A DNA stretch of 36,035 bases from a virus. Taxonomy: Duplodnaviria > Caudoviricetes. The stretch is from IMG/VR virus record IMGVR_UViG_3300038393_000133, positions 1 through 36,035 of that record; one strand, written 5' to 3'. The position numbers and the translations under genes were made by a program. Positions 24,211 to 32,760 of this stretch are shown here, piece after piece (positions within the stretch are counted from its first letter, which is position 1; every line of letters starts with the position of its first letter). The notes under the pieces were generated by a model. That model was not told where the DNA came from. It made no database searches and saw only the letters and a list, made by a program, of their open reading frames with translations.

Positions 24211-24816
24211 TTAGTTGGATTGGTTATGGTCGATGGTCTTCAGGTAGTCCATCACACGCGAGCCACTGGTTTCAGCAGCGAGTTTTACAGCGTCGGTTGA
24301 ACCTTCAACGCCGACTTCTTTGAAAGCCGGAGATGCTTCTTCGGTTTTCATTTTGTTCGACATAGCACCGACTGCTACATCAAACGCTGCGTCGTCCAGA
24401 GAGGCCAGTGCTGCTTGCAGACTGGTTGCTTGCTCTGTTCCGACTACTTCCGCCAGTTTTGCAGTGCGAGCTGCAACCTTTGCTTCGGCTGATGCTTTAG
24501 CTTGCGCTGCTTTGAATTCGGTAGCTGCTTCGACCAGTGCGGTCAGTTCAGCAATCTTCGAATCCTTATCAGCCAGTTCTGCAACCTTGCCGTTCAGTTG
24601 TTCGGTAAGAGCCGATACAGTGGCTTCCAGAGTTGCGACTTGGCCGCTCATCGAAGCGACAGCATCGCGCATGCCATTCAGATCAAGTGCCATAAGGCTT
24701 GCTTGCTCTTTTTGGTCTTGGGTTAGTTCCACTGCCATGTCGGCTCCTTCATGTGTTGTTTCTGCTTGCGCAGCGTCCGGTTTTGCACCGAACATTCGTT
24801 TAAGTACGTCCTTCAA
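24211..24816 (-). CDS. capsid scaffolding protein
   Basis: Ala/Glu-rich coiled coil between protease and decoration genes; TTG start behind AAGGAG; a second in-frame ATG (24738) behind GAAGGAG. Confidence 0.75.
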   Translation of the reverse strand: MKDVLKRMFGAKPDAAQAETTHEGADMAVELTQDQKEQASLMALDLNGMRDAVASMSGQVATLEATVSALTEQLNGKVAELADKDSKIAELTALVEAATEFKAAQAKASAEAKVAARTAKLAEVVGTEQATSLQAALASLDDAAFDVAVGAMSNKMKTEEASPAFKEVGVEGSTDAVKLAAETSGSRVMDYLKTIDHNQSN

Positions 24817-24825
24817 AATGGCTCC

Positions 24826-25650
24826 TTATTGCGATAGATATTCAGCGAACTGTTCGTTCGTCATGATCGAATTAATCAGTCCCATCGAAAGAGCTTTGTT
24901 AGCACGGAACATCGAAGCCTCTGTAGCTTTGATTTCCTCTGTCGAAAGGCCGGTGTATTTCGATACGTGCGCTACGAATTCGCCGTACAGTTCATTCACA
25001 CTCTCTTGAAGCGATTCAATGAACTCGTCTCGGAAGTCGCCATCCGCGTCGAACGGAATCTTGTTGGCTCCCGCTGTTACGAACGTACGTGTGATTCCTG
25101 CTTGTTCAAGCTGCTTGCTGTTGTTCATCAGGGCGATCAGGACGCCGATGCTTCCGACTTGGCCTTGCGGATGGCACACAACCTCATCAGACAGTACGCA
25201 CAGAGCGTATGCTGCGGATGCTGCGCAATCCTGAACGTACGAAATCAGGTAGACATCGTTGTCGTCAGCCATTTTGCGGATGGCGTCTGCGGTCTGGAAG
25301 CAATTGAATGCTTCACCACCACCGGAGCTGATATCGAATACAATCTTCTTGCATCCCATTCCGATCAGCTCATCCATCTGGTTCAACAGTCCTGCGTAAC
25401 TTGTTCCGGTCGCTCCGCACAGCGATTCGACTGGTTTGTTTGTCAGGCTTCCGTGGATGTTAATCAGGCCAATCTTCCCTACGTTTGAGGGTTTATCCAG
25501 ATCAGCGGAAACAGTTTCTACTTGTGCCAGCATCCCAGTATTGCGGAGGTCCAGATACGATGTGATCGCTCCGAAAGCCTCCGCTGAAATGAGATGCGGC
25601 TTGTTGTACAGATCAGCGGTCAATCTGCGAACAGGCCGTTGCATTGTCAT
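24826..25650 (-). CDS. prohead protease, S49 (SppA/ClpP-like) family
   Basis: DISSGGGE, AASAAYAL, VGSIGV, AGANK motifs; start placed at ATG 25650 behind AAGGA. Confidence 0.9.
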   Translation of the reverse strand: MTMQRPVRRLTADLYNKPHLISAEAFGAITSYLDLRNTGMLAQVETVSADLDKPSNVGKIGLINIHGSLTNKPVESLCGATGTSYAGLLNQMDELIGMGCKKIVFDISSGGGEAFNCFQTADAIRKMADDNDVYLISYVQDCAASAAYALCVLSDEVVCHPQGQVGSIGVLIALMNNSKQLEQAGITRTFVTAGANKIPFDADGDFRDEFIESLQESVNELYGEFVAHVSKYTGLSTEEIKATEASMFRANKALSMGLINSIMTNEQFAEYLSQ

Positions 25651-25660
25651 GTTGGATTCC

Positions 25661-27118
25661 TTATCCTGTGTTGTCTCGATTTCTCGCTGACTTGTCCTGC
25701 TTACTGGACTTGCCACCGATATCTGCCGTACCTTCGCCGGATTTACCTACCGCCATGCCGTCACCGGAGCGACTTGCGTTACCCGTCAGATTTTCTTTAT
25801 CGACAGGCTCATCAACAGGTAGCGGTTCCACGCCAAGGACTTCACGAGTCTTGTTCAGGATCGGACGGTCAATTTCAACCAGACCAACAGATGCCGCACG
25901 TTGCAAGGCTTTCGACCACGCTTCGCTATCGACTTCGTTCACGTCACCGAATTCAAATGTCGGAAGACGATCTTGGTTCCAGCCATTCAATGCGAACAGT
26001 TGCGGGATCAGATCGTTGTTCAGGACATCACGGATTTCGTTCAGTCTGTGTTCAATCGCCATTTTGCAGAGAATGCCTGCTTCCTCTTCTGTCGCTGTCA
26101 ACACTCGCGTGGATAGCGCAGTACGGATATCTTCCTGCAAAGCTGCGATAATTGCCGGGATGTCGAATTTGTTGTGGCCTTTTGCTTCCATCAACGTAAA
26201 TTCGAATTGCTTGTTACCACCATCATCCAACACCAGCGGCATCACTAGGGAGCGCTGTTTGCCGTCTGCGATTGCTTGAGCGGCATTCAGGTACGCTTGG
26301 TACACTGCACGCTCGGAGTCGCTTGCGTCATTCGCCATAAACTTCGGCGGAATGTAGATGACCGGCACAGAAGCAATGTCTTTCGACACACCAAGCATCA
26401 ACTGGTCTTTAAGCAGTGTTAGCTGCTTATATGGTAGGTACACCGATTTCAGGATCGACTTACCTTCGGGGTTACCTTTCACGCTGTCAGCGGAGAACAA
26501 CATGAACTTCGAACGATCGATTGTAATCAGTCCGTTCGGGTCAGCCAGATTTTGGAATCGAGCCGAGTTTTCCATGTTGCGAATGCTTTGACCTACGCTC
26601 AACAGCTCACGACCATCTTCGGAGAAATTCCAGTGGCGAATCGTGTCTTGAGGGCGTGTTGCGATCTTGCGTAGCCCTACCAAACCATCGTTGTACTTGC
26701 TCCCGTTCCTTTGTAGGCGGCGGCGAAATACTTTCTCTTGAATGGAGAAGCCGTATTCGATGTACGTTACGACTTCAGCCATAAACTGGGGCCATGACCC
26801 TTCCATGTCAAACATACAGCTTTCAACGAACTCTGCACGCTGCTTGTCAGTCGCAGTGGCATTATCTGGCGGAGCTACATGCCAGTCTACGCCGGTAATC
26901 ATCATTCGGTAGATACCAAGCGATGCTGCGATTGTCGGGTCGGTCTTCATTTCCGTAACAGTTTTCAGGAACTCAGGGAATCGGAAGACTCGATTCTGTT
27001 CCTCAAGGATTCGACCGCTCATGGTCGTCAGGCCGGAGAAACCGACCTCACTCAAACTGATACGTGGGATTACTGTATTTGGGTCGGCCCCAAGGCCGCT
27101 CTGCTCTTTCTCAGCCAT
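25661..27118 (-). CDS. portal protein
   Basis: 485 aa between terminase and protease; M..DP.I, YGFS..EKV, NPEG.S.L, LN..LIPQLF.LNGW motifs (DUF935-like portal). Confidence 0.88.
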   Translation of the reverse strand: MAEKEQSGLGADPNTVIPRISLSEVGFSGLTTMSGRILEEQNRVFRFPEFLKTVTEMKTDPTIAASLGIYRMMITGVDWHVAPPDNATATDKQRAEFVESCMFDMEGSWPQFMAEVVTYIEYGFSIQEKVFRRRLQRNGSKYNDGLVGLRKIATRPQDTIRHWNFSEDGRELLSVGQSIRNMENSARFQNLADPNGLITIDRSKFMLFSADSVKGNPEGKSILKSVYLPYKQLTLLKDQLMLGVSKDIASVPVIYIPPKFMANDASDSERAVYQAYLNAAQAIADGKQRSLVMPLVLDDGGNKQFEFTLMEAKGHNKFDIPAIIAALQEDIRTALSTRVLTATEEEAGILCKMAIEHRLNEIRDVLNNDLIPQLFALNGWNQDRLPTFEFGDVNEVDSEAWSKALQRAASVGLVEIDRPILNKTREVLGVEPLPVDEPVDKENLTGNASRSGDGMAVGKSGEGTADIGGKSSKQDKSARNRDNTG

Positions 27119-27749
27119 TAGTTGCCTTCCATTTCATATAGTCGGAGTCCTTCGAGGGAATCCAACCAGATTTAAATTTATCCGTTATTGCTGTGAGCTG
27201 CCGGAAAGTAAATGAGCCGTAAGCTTTCGCAAGGCGGCGATGGCCGCACGCCGGTATCGTTAGATACGTTTCATAAAGCGACTCTGCAACTCGCCAAACA
27301 GCTACGTTCGCTCTACCGTTGTCCCAGTCCTTAAACCTACCAGATGTTGACGCTTTCCGAGTACTAACCATCTTTGATACGGTGTCAGGCGAAAGTTTCT
27401 TCCCTTGCCTAATTGCAGACATGCGTGATTTAGTCTCGTCACTGTGCTTCATTCCGCGCGTTGAGGGTATATCACCACCCACTGCGCAGTTCCAGCCTAT
27501 CCTTGAAGATGGTCGAAGACTACGTTCTATCGTGTAGCAGTAGTCGCTGTCACCCTCCACTATGGTATCTACGGCGACCTTATCTCGGTACTTTCGAATA
27601 GCTTTGTGGACAGTATATTGCGAGCCCCGCCTTGCATCGCTGCTGTGTTTCACGAATCGCTTTGCGGCTGTAGTATTGCTCACACCTACGTAGCCTTGAG
27701 AAGCAATATCAGTGTGCTCTGGAAGGTGTAGCCAGTAGACAACTGCCAT
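27111..27749 (-). CDS. GIY-YIG-type homing endonuclease with NUMOD3 repeats
   Basis: VVYWL...GYVGVS....KR...H; E; GWN...GG; GMKHSDETKSRMS..RQGKKLS.DT..KM. Confidence 0.82.
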   Translation of the reverse strand: MAVVYWLHLPEHTDIASQGYVGVSNTTAAKRFVKHSSDARRGSQYTVHKAIRKYRDKVAVDTIVEGDSDYCYTIERSLRPSSRIGWNCAVGGDIPSTRGMKHSDETKSRMSAIRQGKKLSPDTVSKMVSTRKASTSGRFKDWDNGRANVAVWRVAESLYETYLTIPACGHRRLAKAYGSFTFRQLTAITDKFKSGWIPSKDSDYMKWKATNG

Positions 27750-27777
27750 AGTGCTCCTTCTTTACTGTATATGCGCT

Positions 27778-27806
27778 ATTGTACACTACGTAGTGCTCCT
27801 TGTCAA
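27778..27806 (-). promoter_or_regulatory. sigma70-type promoter for the NUMOD3 endonuclease
   Basis: Minus strand: TTGACA aggagcactacgtagtg TACAAT; the -35 overlaps the TGA stop of the upstream gene. Confidence 0.8.
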
Positions 27807-28600
27807 GTTTCGACCATTTCCATGTATTCAATAACGTCTGGTGGAACGGTTTTTGCTACAAAACATTCCGTATATCCGTCGAACGATAAGTCTGGGCGTT
27901 CGTAACCAGCACTACTTACCATAGAAAGTAGTTCCGCTTCTGCTCTGACGCACTTCTCTCCGTCCTCAAATTTTACGTACTTTACGATGTCGAATTTTAC
28001 GCCAGCCCTACTTGAGACGAATTTAGCTCTGACACTAACTTCTGAATTTGTTATCCCTATTTTGAATATACCGTTTGATTGCAAAACGTACAGGTAGCCC
28101 GCCTTCTTCTTATCGAATCCGCCCCTTCCTCTGTGGCACTTCTGACACCCTACACCACGTACCGAGTGATTACCTGCATGTACAGTAAACTTCTCGTTGC
28201 AAGTTCTGCATAGGACTTCAATCTTTGATGCTTGGTTAACAAAGTCAATATAAGAGTAGTCGTACAAGTCCCCATGCTTTTTGATGCATTTATTGATAAA
28301 CGCTGTCTTTCTTTTCTCGTAAGCCTTGCAAATGCTACAGCCCTTACTTAAGACGTACTCTCCATGCTTGCCGCACACTGCTCTTTCTGCTTTTGGACGG
28401 CCAATAGGGCTACAAGCATTGCACCCATAACCTCCGTACGCGTGGTTATTATGTTGAATAAGGAAGTCGCCGTGTACTCTGCACGTAACAACAACTTTCT
28501 GACATTGACCGTTATACCTAGTTCGGCTGTAGTCGTACCTGTCTCCGTGTTTTTTAACGTATAAGGCGATAGCCTCGTCGTTCGTCAGAGTCTTCCGCAT
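27803..28600 (-). CDS. putative homing endonuclease with Cys/His repeats and C-terminal GIY-YIG-like (T5orf172-like) domain
   Basis: Two copies of KKHGD.YDYS...Y/F.....K..V.C.....F.....NH...G.GC..C; then GYLYVL.....FKIGIT...R and DGYTECF. Confidence 0.78.
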   Translation of the reverse strand: MRKTLTNDEAIALYVKKHGDRYDYSRTRYNGQCQKVVVTCRVHGDFLIQHNNHAYGGYGCNACSPIGRPKAERAVCGKHGEYVLSKGCSICKAYEKRKTAFINKCIKKHGDLYDYSYIDFVNQASKIEVLCRTCNEKFTVHAGNHSVRGVGCQKCHRGRGGFDKKKAGYLYVLQSNGIFKIGITNSEVSVRAKFVSSRAGVKFDIVKYVKFEDGEKCVRAEAELLSMVSSAGYERPDLSFDGYTECFVAKTVPPDVIEYMEMVET

Positions 28601-28629
28601 ACTTCCTCCAAAAAGTTGAATATAATGTG

Positions 28630-28658
28630 ATGGTACACTACGTACCCTTATTTGTCAA
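28630..28658 (-). promoter_or_regulatory. sigma70-type promoter for the 27803..28600 endonuclease
   Basis: Minus strand: TTGACA aataagggtacgtagtg TACCAT; flanked by an 11-bp inverted repeat (28609-28619 / 28655-28665). Confidence 0.75.
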
Positions 28659-28665
28659 CTTTTTG

Positions 28666-28700
28666 CCACACTACCTATTTACGGAAGCTAGATAGTGTGG
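28666..28700 (-). other. stem-loop after the terminase gene
   Basis: Minus strand: CCACACTATCTA / TAGGTAGTGTGG, 12 bp with one G-U; no U-tract. Confidence 0.6.
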
Positions 28701-28710
28701 TAGTAAGCGT

Positions 28711-30207
28711 TTAAACGAACGTCGGCACAGGACTGGGCCTTGACAAATCAGGAACAACGAAGTCAGGGATGTTCCCGTTCTTCGCTAGGTAGTTGAATGC
28801 GTCCGCACAGGCGTCAACCTGATCGTTCTTCTCCGCACGGATACCTTGGAAGTGTTCCAGCTCCACGAAGAAATCCTCGTTCCAGTCTCCGCGTACCACG
28901 TCCACGAGGCCAGCTTCGGCCAGTGAACAGAACGGCAGGAAGCGTTGCATCTTGCTGTTGTGGCCCGAAATCGGGATGCCCTTGACCGTGATCCCCTCTT
29001 CTGCCAGTTCCTTCGTGAAGAACTGGGTAGCAGCCTTACCACCACCGTTATCCTTCGGGATCGTCACTGGGACACCAAGTCCGTCCTCGTGCACCGCTGT
29101 GTCGATAATCATCTTGACAACGCCGTCGGTCAACTTCTGGTCCCGCTTCACATGCTCCACTACGTAGCGGCCCGTCTTCGTGCGGCTCATCAGGACGCCA
29201 GCAGTCCAGTCGGGGTCCGGATACGTTTCGCTTGGAACGGAGTGCGCCAAGTCCCACGAGCGGACACGTCCTGTCACTTCAACAGGGGCATGTTCCACCA
29301 TCGTTACCCAGCTACGGTTGAAGTTACTGTTACCTTCGGGCACAGCAGTCCACGAGCCATGCAAGAATCGCAACTGCGACACCCGCGTACCGGACAGCAG
29401 GTTGGCGAGGTAATCTGGGTTGTTCTTCAATAGCACCGGGTTCGAGTAGATGTCCATCGGGATGAACCGGAAGGACGTTGGCTTGAACGTAACACGTCCC
29501 TTGTTCGGATCGCGGTTCAGGCCGGGGCCGTGGTTTTCGTACAGCTCGTCGTGGGAATCTCCCCACAGAACCTTACCTCCGCGTACGATGAAGTAACGGG
29601 TACGGTTCTCTGTTCCTTCCACCGGCACGCCAGTTTCAGGATCGAGGCAGTATTGTACGAACGGGTACAGCCAGCTATTACGGTTCGGGTTGCAGGTAAT
29701 GATCATACCCAGCTTCCCTTTGTATCGTGCACCACGGATACGCTCTTTCAGCGCAAGGATATCTTCCAGTTGGAATTCAGCGCCTTCGTCGACGATAATA
29801 TTCGTTGCCTGCCAACCCTGAACTTCTTGGCGGTCTGCTGGCATAGCGACGAATTTAACGACAGCCCCGTTCGGGAAGTGCCATTCAAGTGGTTGTAGCT
29901 TGAAATCTGCACCGAATTGCTTGTAGAGATACTTGGATTCATCCACAAGACCTCCGACAGCCTTCAGTACCGGGTACGTCAGACGTACGATCAGCACGCG
30001 AGCTGCCGGGTCGGTCATGCAGAAGTTGAGGGCTTTAAGCAGTGCCAGATACGATTTTCCGCCTCCGGCCCCGCCTCCGATAAGCAGCATATCGGTTGTA
30101 TTGTCCGTCAAAACCATCCGCTGCTTTTCAGAGCATGGCCCTAGAACCAATTGTTCTTCTTCGTACGCCTGCTCTACGCTTTCAGGGATTGACTTCTTTT
30201 TCGCCAT
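28711..30207 (-). CDS. terL: terminase large subunit
   Basis: Walker A GGGAGGGKS, Walker B IIVDE, motif III TCNP; nuclease domain RSWDLA...PDWTAG...NDQVDA. Confidence 0.93.
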   Translation of the reverse strand: MAKKKSIPESVEQAYEEEQLVLGPCSEKQRMVLTDNTTDMLLIGGGAGGGKSYLALLKALNFCMTDPAARVLIVRLTYPVLKAVGGLVDESKYLYKQFGADFKLQPLEWHFPNGAVVKFVAMPADRQEVQGWQATNIIVDEGAEFQLEDILALKERIRGARYKGKLGMIITCNPNRNSWLYPFVQYCLDPETGVPVEGTENRTRYFIVRGGKVLWGDSHDELYENHGPGLNRDPNKGRVTFKPTSFRFIPMDIYSNPVLLKNNPDYLANLLSGTRVSQLRFLHGSWTAVPEGNSNFNRSWVTMVEHAPVEVTGRVRSWDLAHSVPSETYPDPDWTAGVLMSRTKTGRYVVEHVKRDQKLTDGVVKMIIDTAVHEDGLGVPVTIPKDNGGGKAATQFFTKELAEEGITVKGIPISGHNSKMQRFLPFCSLAEAGLVDVVRGDWNEDFFVELEHFQGIRAEKNDQVDACADAFNYLAKNGNIPDFVVPDLSRPSPVPTFV

Positions 30208-30219
30208 GCTCTTACTCCT

Positions 30220-30549
30220 TTATTTCGTGATATCCTGAGTAAACAGGTACACGTCTTTATCTAACGTAAGGACACGTCCGTACGAATCCGTCATCTGGAC
30301 ATCGTAGTAGAAATATCCCACTTGGTTTGCCTGATCCGCTGTCGGGGAGAATTCAACGATCCCCGTCTCCGGGGCACTAATTACTCCGTCCAGTTGATAT
30401 ACTTGGGTAGTCGTATCCACCGGGTCCGGAACGGTACTGATTGTCATTTTGAATGAGCACCCGGTAAGGTTCACTACACCACGCGTTTTTGCGTTAGTGA
30501 CTGTGAAACTATCCGAAGCCGTATCTCCACGAGTGCGAGTAATTTGCAT
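30220..30549 (-). CDS. small virion adaptor protein (BppU N-terminal-like)
   Basis: RGDT....F.V......VNLTG....M.I ... G.V.F.P ... G.YYDVQ pattern. Confidence 0.65.
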   Translation of the reverse strand: MQITRTRGDTASDSFTVTNAKTRGVVNLTGCSFKMTISTVPDPVDTTTQVYQLDGVISAPETGIVEFSPTADQANQVGYFYYDVQMTDSYGRVLTLDKDVYLFTQDITK

Positions 30550-30556
30550 TTCGTCC

Positions 30557-32290
30557 TCAATTAAGGTTAAGTTTCAACGCCATGTCATTCAGCGTCAGTT
30601 TGTACGGAGACAGAATCAACGTGATCGCGAACTTGTCACCCGATGCCGTGTAATGCAGGCCACCTCCTGTTACACCAGAGACAGTTGCCTTACCCCCAGA
30701 GCTACCGATAGCTGCCGCGACGTATGCCGCAATCGCCTGCACCTGTGCTGCTGACACCGAAACGCCGCTGGCCCCGTAAATGGCGATTGTCAGGCCGTTT
30801 ACCGTAGCGAGTCCTGTTGCAGTTCCAGACGCGCATGCGAGGATTACCCCGTCGCCTGATGCTGAAGATGCTCCAGAAGAGTTAGCAACCGTTGACACAC
30901 GAGAGATACTTGTCCCGGTAATCAGAGATGTACCTGACGCGTTCGCAGATGTGCTACTGATCGATCCACCACTTCCAGAGACGGTAGCTGATCCAATAGC
31001 GTTTGCGACAGCATTGTAAAATGCACTTACTACTGCCGTTGCGCTCGACGTGCCAATTGCCGTTCCGCTTGCGGTTCCGTCCGCCGGAGTTAGACCGACG
31101 CCTGTTCCAGATACGACAGACGTGCCAACGGCGGCGCCACTCGCCGAGAACAGTGCCAAGCCTCCGGCTATGTTTCCCGCAGAGCCAGCCGTATTAGCTT
31201 GGACGCTCCATACCGAATACGCATTCCCAGAAACCGTTGCGGTACTGGTGCTTGACCCGTTGGATACTGTTACAGTCACGCCTGTCCCGCTTACTGTAGA
31301 GCTGGCTTGCGCACTTCCTGTGCCGTATGCAACGCTAATACTTGCACCCGCCGCTGTACTGCTACATGCTGATGATGCAGATGACTGGAACAAGCTAACG
31401 CTTCCTGCGGACGTGGCAGAACTTCCCGTGCTCGACGGGTACGCGTTGAACACAGCCAATGCAACGGCTGTAAGGCTTGATACTCCTACTGAGCTACCTG
31501 AAGCAGAGAACAGCCCATCCGCCGCTGGGGCAACCAACAAACGCCGCGACGGCGGTTTGAAAAATTGCCACGGGTTAGCGGACCACAGCTTTACCTCGCC
31601 CGCTCCTAATGCGCGGTTATACACATCGGCTTTGTAAAGACGCGTTCCGTTTGGGACGTGCTCGCTACCGGCACCCAGATAATACTGGACGTTCAGTGTG
31701 AACGTTCGAGCGTTTGTGAACGTGCCAGCGGGACTTCCGTTGATGTAAAACGCGCCATTCGTCCCGTCAAACGTTACAGCAATATCAATATCAACACCGT
31801 AGGTGACTGAGGTCGTTGAGGAACCTAGGACGGCTTGACCTTGAGCGAGTAATTGCACCTTCCCAGTACTGTTATCGACCCGGATGTAGATACCGCCTCC
31901 GGTAGCGGAGGCACAGCCGTAGAGTGCAGAGATTGAGCCGGACACTAAACGGCATCGTGCAAGGAAACTAAATTTACTGGACCCCGGCGAACCAGAGCCC
32001 GACGAATCTCCAACGGCGAGATCGGGACTGAAAGTTATACCTGTTCCGGTGTTGTCAAAATTAATGTAATAACCGTTCGGCCCGAGAATCCATTTATCAC
32101 CAAACGTGCCACCCGTTCCAGCTCCAAACGTGCCGTGGGCGCGGCCAGTGGCATCGTATGCCTTGGTATCGCCATAGGTGTTCAAGCCCCACGCATGCAC
32201 CAAACCTTGTGCAAGCGAGTTGCCCCAATCGATTTGCGCAAATTGTTGGGGCTGGCGCGTCCTTTTGCGCCGGGTGATAAGCGCTGCCAT
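30557..32290 (-). CDS. putative virion fibre: LamG/concanavalin-like domain plus ~14 Ala/Ser/Gly-rich 20-aa repeats
   Basis: IAVTFDGT...FYING and VYNRAL...EV are LamG-like motifs, followed by a periodic small-residue region. Confidence 0.7.
   Translation of the reverse strand: MAALITRRKRTRQPQQFAQIDWGNSLAQGLVHAWGLNTYGDTKAYDATGRAHGTFGAGTGGTFGDKWILGPNGYYINFDNTGTGITFSPDLAVGDSSGSGSPGSSKFSFLARCRLVSGSISALYGCASATGGGIYIRVDNSTGKVQLLAQGQAVLGSSTTSVTYGVDIDIAVTFDGTNGAFYINGSPAGTFTNARTFTLNVQYYLGAGSEHVPNGTRLYKADVYNRALGAGEVKLWSANPWQFFKPPSRRLLVAPAADGLFSASGSSVGVSSLTAVALAVFNAYPSSTGSSATSAGSVSLFQSSASSACSSTAAGASISVAYGTGSAQASSTVSGTGVTVTVSNGSSTSTATVSGNAYSVWSVQANTAGSAGNIAGGLALFSASGAAVGTSVVSGTGVGLTPADGTASGTAIGTSSATAVVSAFYNAVANAIGSATVSGSGGSISSTSANASGTSLITGTSISRVSTVANSSGASSASGDGVILACASGTATGLATVNGLTIAIYGASGVSVSAAQVQAIAAYVAAAIGSSGGKATVSGVTGGGLHYTASGDKFAITLILSPYKLTLNDMALKLNLN
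30660..31507 (-). repeat. degenerate 20-aa (60-nt) coding repeat, ~14 units
   Basis: Units such as SASGSSVGVSSLTAVALAVF, YGTGSAQASSTVSGTGVTVT, SASGAAVGTSVVSGTGVGLT, CASGTATGLATVNGLTIAIY. Confidence 0.7.
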
Positions 32291-32760
32291 TACGTATATT
32301 GCGCTGCTGCCGCTAGCGCTTTAAGTGTCCAGTTCACCGATACCGTTTGACCGGACCTGTTCAGAATGTACACGTTGTACAGCACCGGCATGAGGTCCAC
32401 GACGGCAGACTGGAAAAGCATAAGAGTATTCGCTGTAGGCGCTTTCGGGGCAATGAACACACCCTGTAACATCGCTGACGGGATGTAAGATGCACCTGCT
32501 GTCGTATCAATGTCGGGGAAGTTCGTACCGTCGATGGCTGGCACGAGATATAGTTCCGCAACGTTCGTACCGGCCGTGATACCTGTCGCAGTTGCCCACT
32601 GAGCTGTAAGTGAGAACAGCGCTGAAAACATGTCGGCCGCGTTTCCCCCAGTACGGCAGTCCAACGTCCCCGCGAGACCTGATGAACCGTTAGTTAGCGA
32701 TGAACCCGTGCTAGTTACGGTTACAATTGCCTGCTCTTTTAATAGAATACTACCGGCCAT
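32290..32760 (-). CDS. putative virion protein, 156 aa
   Basis: Stop/start overlaps with both neighbours; LYLVPAIDGTNF and N.SGQT beta-sandwich-like pattern. Confidence 0.65.
   Translation of the reverse strand: MAGSILLKEQAIVTVTSTGSSLTNGSSGLAGTLDCRTGGNAADMFSALFSLTAQWATATGITAGTNVAELYLVPAIDGTNFPDIDTTAGASYIPSAMLQGVFIAPKAPTANTLMLFQSAVVDLMPVLYNVYILNRSGQTVSVNWTLKALAAAAQYT

Noticed and set aside
28711-30207. Intron or intein in terL, portal or capsid genes, given the many endonucleases
   Set aside because: The ORFs are continuous and of normal length with no intein motifs; the endonucleases are free-standing.
30220-30549. Terminase small subunit, by position upstream of terL
   Set aside because: The sequence is beta-rich with a virion adaptor pattern, not the helical HTH/coiled-coil of TerS.
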